Source of the DNA: Desulfuromonadaceae bacterium
GTDB taxonomy: Bacteria; Desulfobacterota; Desulfuromonadia; Desulfuromonadales; SZUA-540
NCBI GenBank assembly: GCA_003250235.1
Contig: QKGY01000088.1
Location: 1-49,618 of the forward strand
Reading direction: 5' to 3'
Length of the DNA: 49,618 nt
Part shown: positions 47,079-49,618 of the stretch, piece after piece
Numbering within the stretch: position 1 is the stretch's first letter
How the letters are laid out: every line of letters begins with the position of its first letter
The notes under the pieces: model-generated
What the model was told of the DNA's origin: nothing
The model's database searches: none
Seen by the model: only the letters and a program-made list of their open reading frames with translations
Made by a program: the position numbers and the translations under genes

Positions 47079-49116
47079 AGAAGGCCGATTCCCCACGCAA
47101 GGATTCGCTCATCAGCCCCCCGACATCCAAAACAAGGACCGTCTTCTGATTTCCGAGGTCTGCCGCGCCCGCTATCCCTTTGACAAAGGACAAGGTGCTT
47201 CCCAACGATTTGATGACGACATCCTGCTGGCCGAGCAGGTCGTCGACGACAATACCCATTTTCTTTTCTGCCAGGCCGACGACAACCACGAACGACCGAC
47301 TGCTCGACTTGGTGCTTGGAGGCAGTTGAAATATGTCTCCAAGCCGCATCAACGCCAGAGTGCTATCCCTCAGATCAATAACTTCACGTCGTTCGATCGT
47401 ACGAATCGAACGATTTTCAATCATGAGCGTTTCCATAACCGCATTGATCGGGATGGCGTAGGTTTTTTCACTGGCCTTAATGATAAGCGCCTTGATAATC
47501 GCCAGGGTAATGGGCAGGGTAATGCCAATTGTCGTTCCCTCCCCAACCTCGCTGTCCAGTTCGATCATCCCTGAAAGGGCCGAAATATTGTTCTTGACCA
47601 CATCCATTCCGACCCCGCGCCCGGAGAGATCGGTGACCTCATCCCGTGTCGAGAAGCCAGGAGTCAGGACCAGTTCGAACACATCATCCCGGCTCAATTC
47701 AGCATCGTCCGGGACAAGCCCCTTTTCGATAGCTTTCTGTCGAACCATGTGCGGATCGATCCCCCGACCGTCATCTCTAATCTCGATGACGACGTGATTC
47801 CCTTTCTGGGAAGCCCAAAGGCAGATAGTGGCTTTTTCAGGTTTCCCAACCGCAAGACGCTCTGCGGGAAGTTCCACGCCATGATCCACGGCATTGCGGA
47901 TGATATGCATGAGGGGATCAGAGAGATCCTCGATAATTAACTTGTCGAGTTCGGTATCCGCCCCTTGAATATCGACGTCCACCTTTTTCCCCTGTTCATT
48001 GGCGACCCGTCGGATGATCCGGATGACCTTTTCGAAAAGCTGGGATATGGGCACCATACGCACGTCCATAACCCCTTTTTGAAGGTCGTGGAGTCTTCTC
48101 TCCAGCACACGGGTAGCCTTCTGAAGATCTGCCGCCATCTCGGCACCGCCCTCCGCCTTGAGACGATCGCAGATGGAAACAATAGCTCCTTTGGACAAGA
48201 CCAGTTCGCCCACGATGTTCATCAGAGAATCGAGTTTATCGATATCCACCCGCACCGTTCGGCTGATGGAACGAAGAGATCCCCCCAAAGCCTCCTGTTC
48301 CGCAGACGTGGCCTCCTTAACTCCGGGTTCGCTCACAGGAGCCGGAACAGGTGTCGTCACCTTGGAGCCGACCTCACGGACCACTAGAATCTCAGCATCG
48401 GACCGGTCGATTTTCGATGCAAGGTCCATTCTATCCAGTTTGGAACCGACAAGTATCTGAAAGGCAATTTTGTCCGAGAAGTCCCCGGCACAGGGTAGTG
48501 TGCTGATCACTTCGCCGTTTTTCTTGAGGGAATCCGTCAGCTCACCCAATTCCTGGTCGAAACTCACGAGATCAAAGGCGACCTTGACCAGGAGAATATT
48601 CGCCCCCTTTTTAACATTTTCCCTGAGACGATGTTCTTCGTATTCCGTAAGCACATTGAGGATATTTCGATCAATGGCGAGGGTCTTAAGAGGGTCTTTC
48701 TCCGCGGTCGAGGATGCGTCCAGCAGGGCGGCAATTTTCTCCTGAATGGGAGCAAGACTGAGGGTAAAGGTGTCATCCTCACCTTTACCGTTCACAAGAG
48801 CGAGCAAAAGTTCTATGGATTCAAAGAGCGTTTCGATCAACGACGTGCTGAGAGTTACTTTGCCGAGACGAAGGCTGTCCAGCAGGTTCTCCATGCAATG
48901 CGCCAGAGAGGAGATATCGTCAAATCCGAACATCCCCGACAACCCCTTAATCGAGTGGGCTCCACGGAAGATGCTGTTGAGAAGATCGGGATCGACATCC
49001 CCGCCTTCCCCCCCGTCGCCTAATGCGACCAGATCCAGGTTAAGCTTTTCAATGATCTCCTCGGCCTCGGCGAGAAAATCTTTAATGGCCCTGGATGACG
49101 TTGACTTATTGGACAA
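47071..49116 (-). CDS. cheA: chemotaxis histidine kinase CheA
   Basis: HPt FRGAHSIKG, HIIRNAVDHG, DDGRG, GFST, SGRGVGMDVV, LPITLAI, C-terminal CheW-like domain. Confidence 0.97.
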   Translation of the reverse strand: MSNKSTSSRAIKDFLAEAEEIIEKLNLDLVALGDGGEGGDVDPDLLNSIFRGAHSIKGLSGMFGFDDISSLAHCMENLLDSLRLGKVTLSTSLIETLFESIELLLALVNGKGEDDTFTLSLAPIQEKIAALLDASSTAEKDPLKTLAIDRNILNVLTEYEEHRLRENVKKGANILLVKVAFDLVSFDQELGELTDSLKKNGEVISTLPCAGDFSDKIAFQILVGSKLDRMDLASKIDRSDAEILVVREVGSKVTTPVPAPVSEPGVKEATSAEQEALGGSLRSISRTVRVDIDKLDSLMNIVGELVLSKGAIVSICDRLKAEGGAEMAADLQKATRVLERRLHDLQKGVMDVRMVPISQLFEKVIRIIRRVANEQGKKVDVDIQGADTELDKLIIEDLSDPLMHIIRNAVDHGVELPAERLAVGKPEKATICLWASQKGNHVVIEIRDDGRGIDPHMVRQKAIEKGLVPDDAELSRDDVFELVLTPGFSTRDEVTDLSGRGVGMDVVKNNISALSGMIELDSEVGEGTTIGITLPITLAIIKALIIKASEKTYAIPINAVMETLMIENRSIRTIERREVIDLRDSTLALMRLGDIFQLPPSTKSSSRSFVVVVGLAEKKMGIVVDDLLGQQDVVIKSLGSTLSFVKGIAGAADLGNQKTVLVLDVGGLMSESLRGESAFYV

Positions 49117-49125
49117 TGTCCCCTC

Positions 49126-49494
49126 CTACCCCAGATATTTCTTGATCAGCTCCTGCAGCTGCTCCGGTACAAAAGGCTTCACCAGATACGCATCCGCGCC
49201 CAGAGCCATGCCCTTATCCCGGTCACGGTCACTGCCTTCAGTGCTGATAATGATCAGGGGTGTAGACTGATAATTCGGATTGTTTTTAACAAAACTGACC
49301 AGTTCGAGGCCATTGATGTCAGGCATATTGATATCGGTGATGACCAGGTCAACCCTTTCGCGGGGAAGTACCCTCAGTGCCTCAAAACCATTTTCGGCTT
49401 CGACAATATCGAAGTCGCCGATCGCCTCAAGCGTTGAAACAATGAGAGATCGCATGGTTGGAGAGTCTTCAGTGATAAGAATTTTCTTCGCCAC
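49126..49494 (-). CDS. cheY: single-domain response regulator, CheY-like
   Basis: ITEDS, TDINMP, ST, VKPF; visibly paralogous to 38356..38736. Confidence 0.88.
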   Translation of the reverse strand: MAKKILITEDSPTMRSLIVSTLEAIGDFDIVEAENGFEALRVLPRERVDLVITDINMPDINGLELVSFVKNNPNYQSTPLIIISTEGSDRDRDKGMALGADAYLVKPFVPEQLQELIKKYLG

Positions 49495-49577
49495 GTATCA
49501 GGGCTCCATTCTCTTTCGGGATTTAAATCCACAGGAAGGACGCACAGCGCACGTTTCGCGTGTCGAGAGCCGGAAGG

Positions 49578-49618
49578 TTATTCGGCGCTTTTCCCACGAA
49601 GCCTTCTCTCCAGGAGAG
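49578..49618 (-). CDS. possible 3' end of an upstream gene (partial)
   Basis: One frame reads LLERRLRGKSAE-stop; the other two frames are also open, so the frame is a guess. Confidence 0.25.
   Translation of the reverse strand, partial: LLERRLRGKSAE

Noticed and set aside
1-49618. CRISPR array, IS element, prophage or selenocysteine read-through
   Set aside because: No spaced repeats, transposase or phage genes seen; TGA stops fall at expected protein ends, and the early ACAD TGA is explained by the frameshift.

Overview
Core-chromosome segment of a Desulfuromonadales-type deltaproteobacterium (inferred from a triheme cytochrome c7, an HcpR-type Crp/Fnr locus, and a chemosensory cluster next to infA-leuS-lptE-holA-rpsT). 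It holds about 55 CDSs and two tRNAs (Val-CAC, partial; Leu-CAG). I saw no transposase, integrase, phage gene or CRISPR array. In order: B12-mutase accessory genes with a frameshifted acyl-CoA dehydrogenase; rsgA; two small c-type cytochromes; a PaaI-HD-MgtC-RuvC-like-hydrolase operon; a sigma54-driven pair of paralogous ~75-aa membrane proteins and a REC-PilZ gene; cmoAB; an amino-acid ABC system with a fused permease plus hemerythrin; small secreted/lipoprotein genes; an HcpR locus with two TTGAC-N4-GTCAA boxes centred at -41.5; rqcH; tandem metY paralogues; lpxL, trmL, ogt, murJ; the rpsT/holA-lptE-leuS/infA block; and a Che cluster with HEAT, GAF, Zn-ribbon-REC and ExeA-like ATPase genes but no receptor in view. 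Best leads for something undescribed: the sigma54 small-protein pair, a structured leader on the second metY, the Cys-rich lipoprotein facing the HcpR locus, a Cys-tailed monoheme cytochrome and an orphan RuvC-fold protein. All calls come from reading motifs by eye; no searches or folding programs were run.
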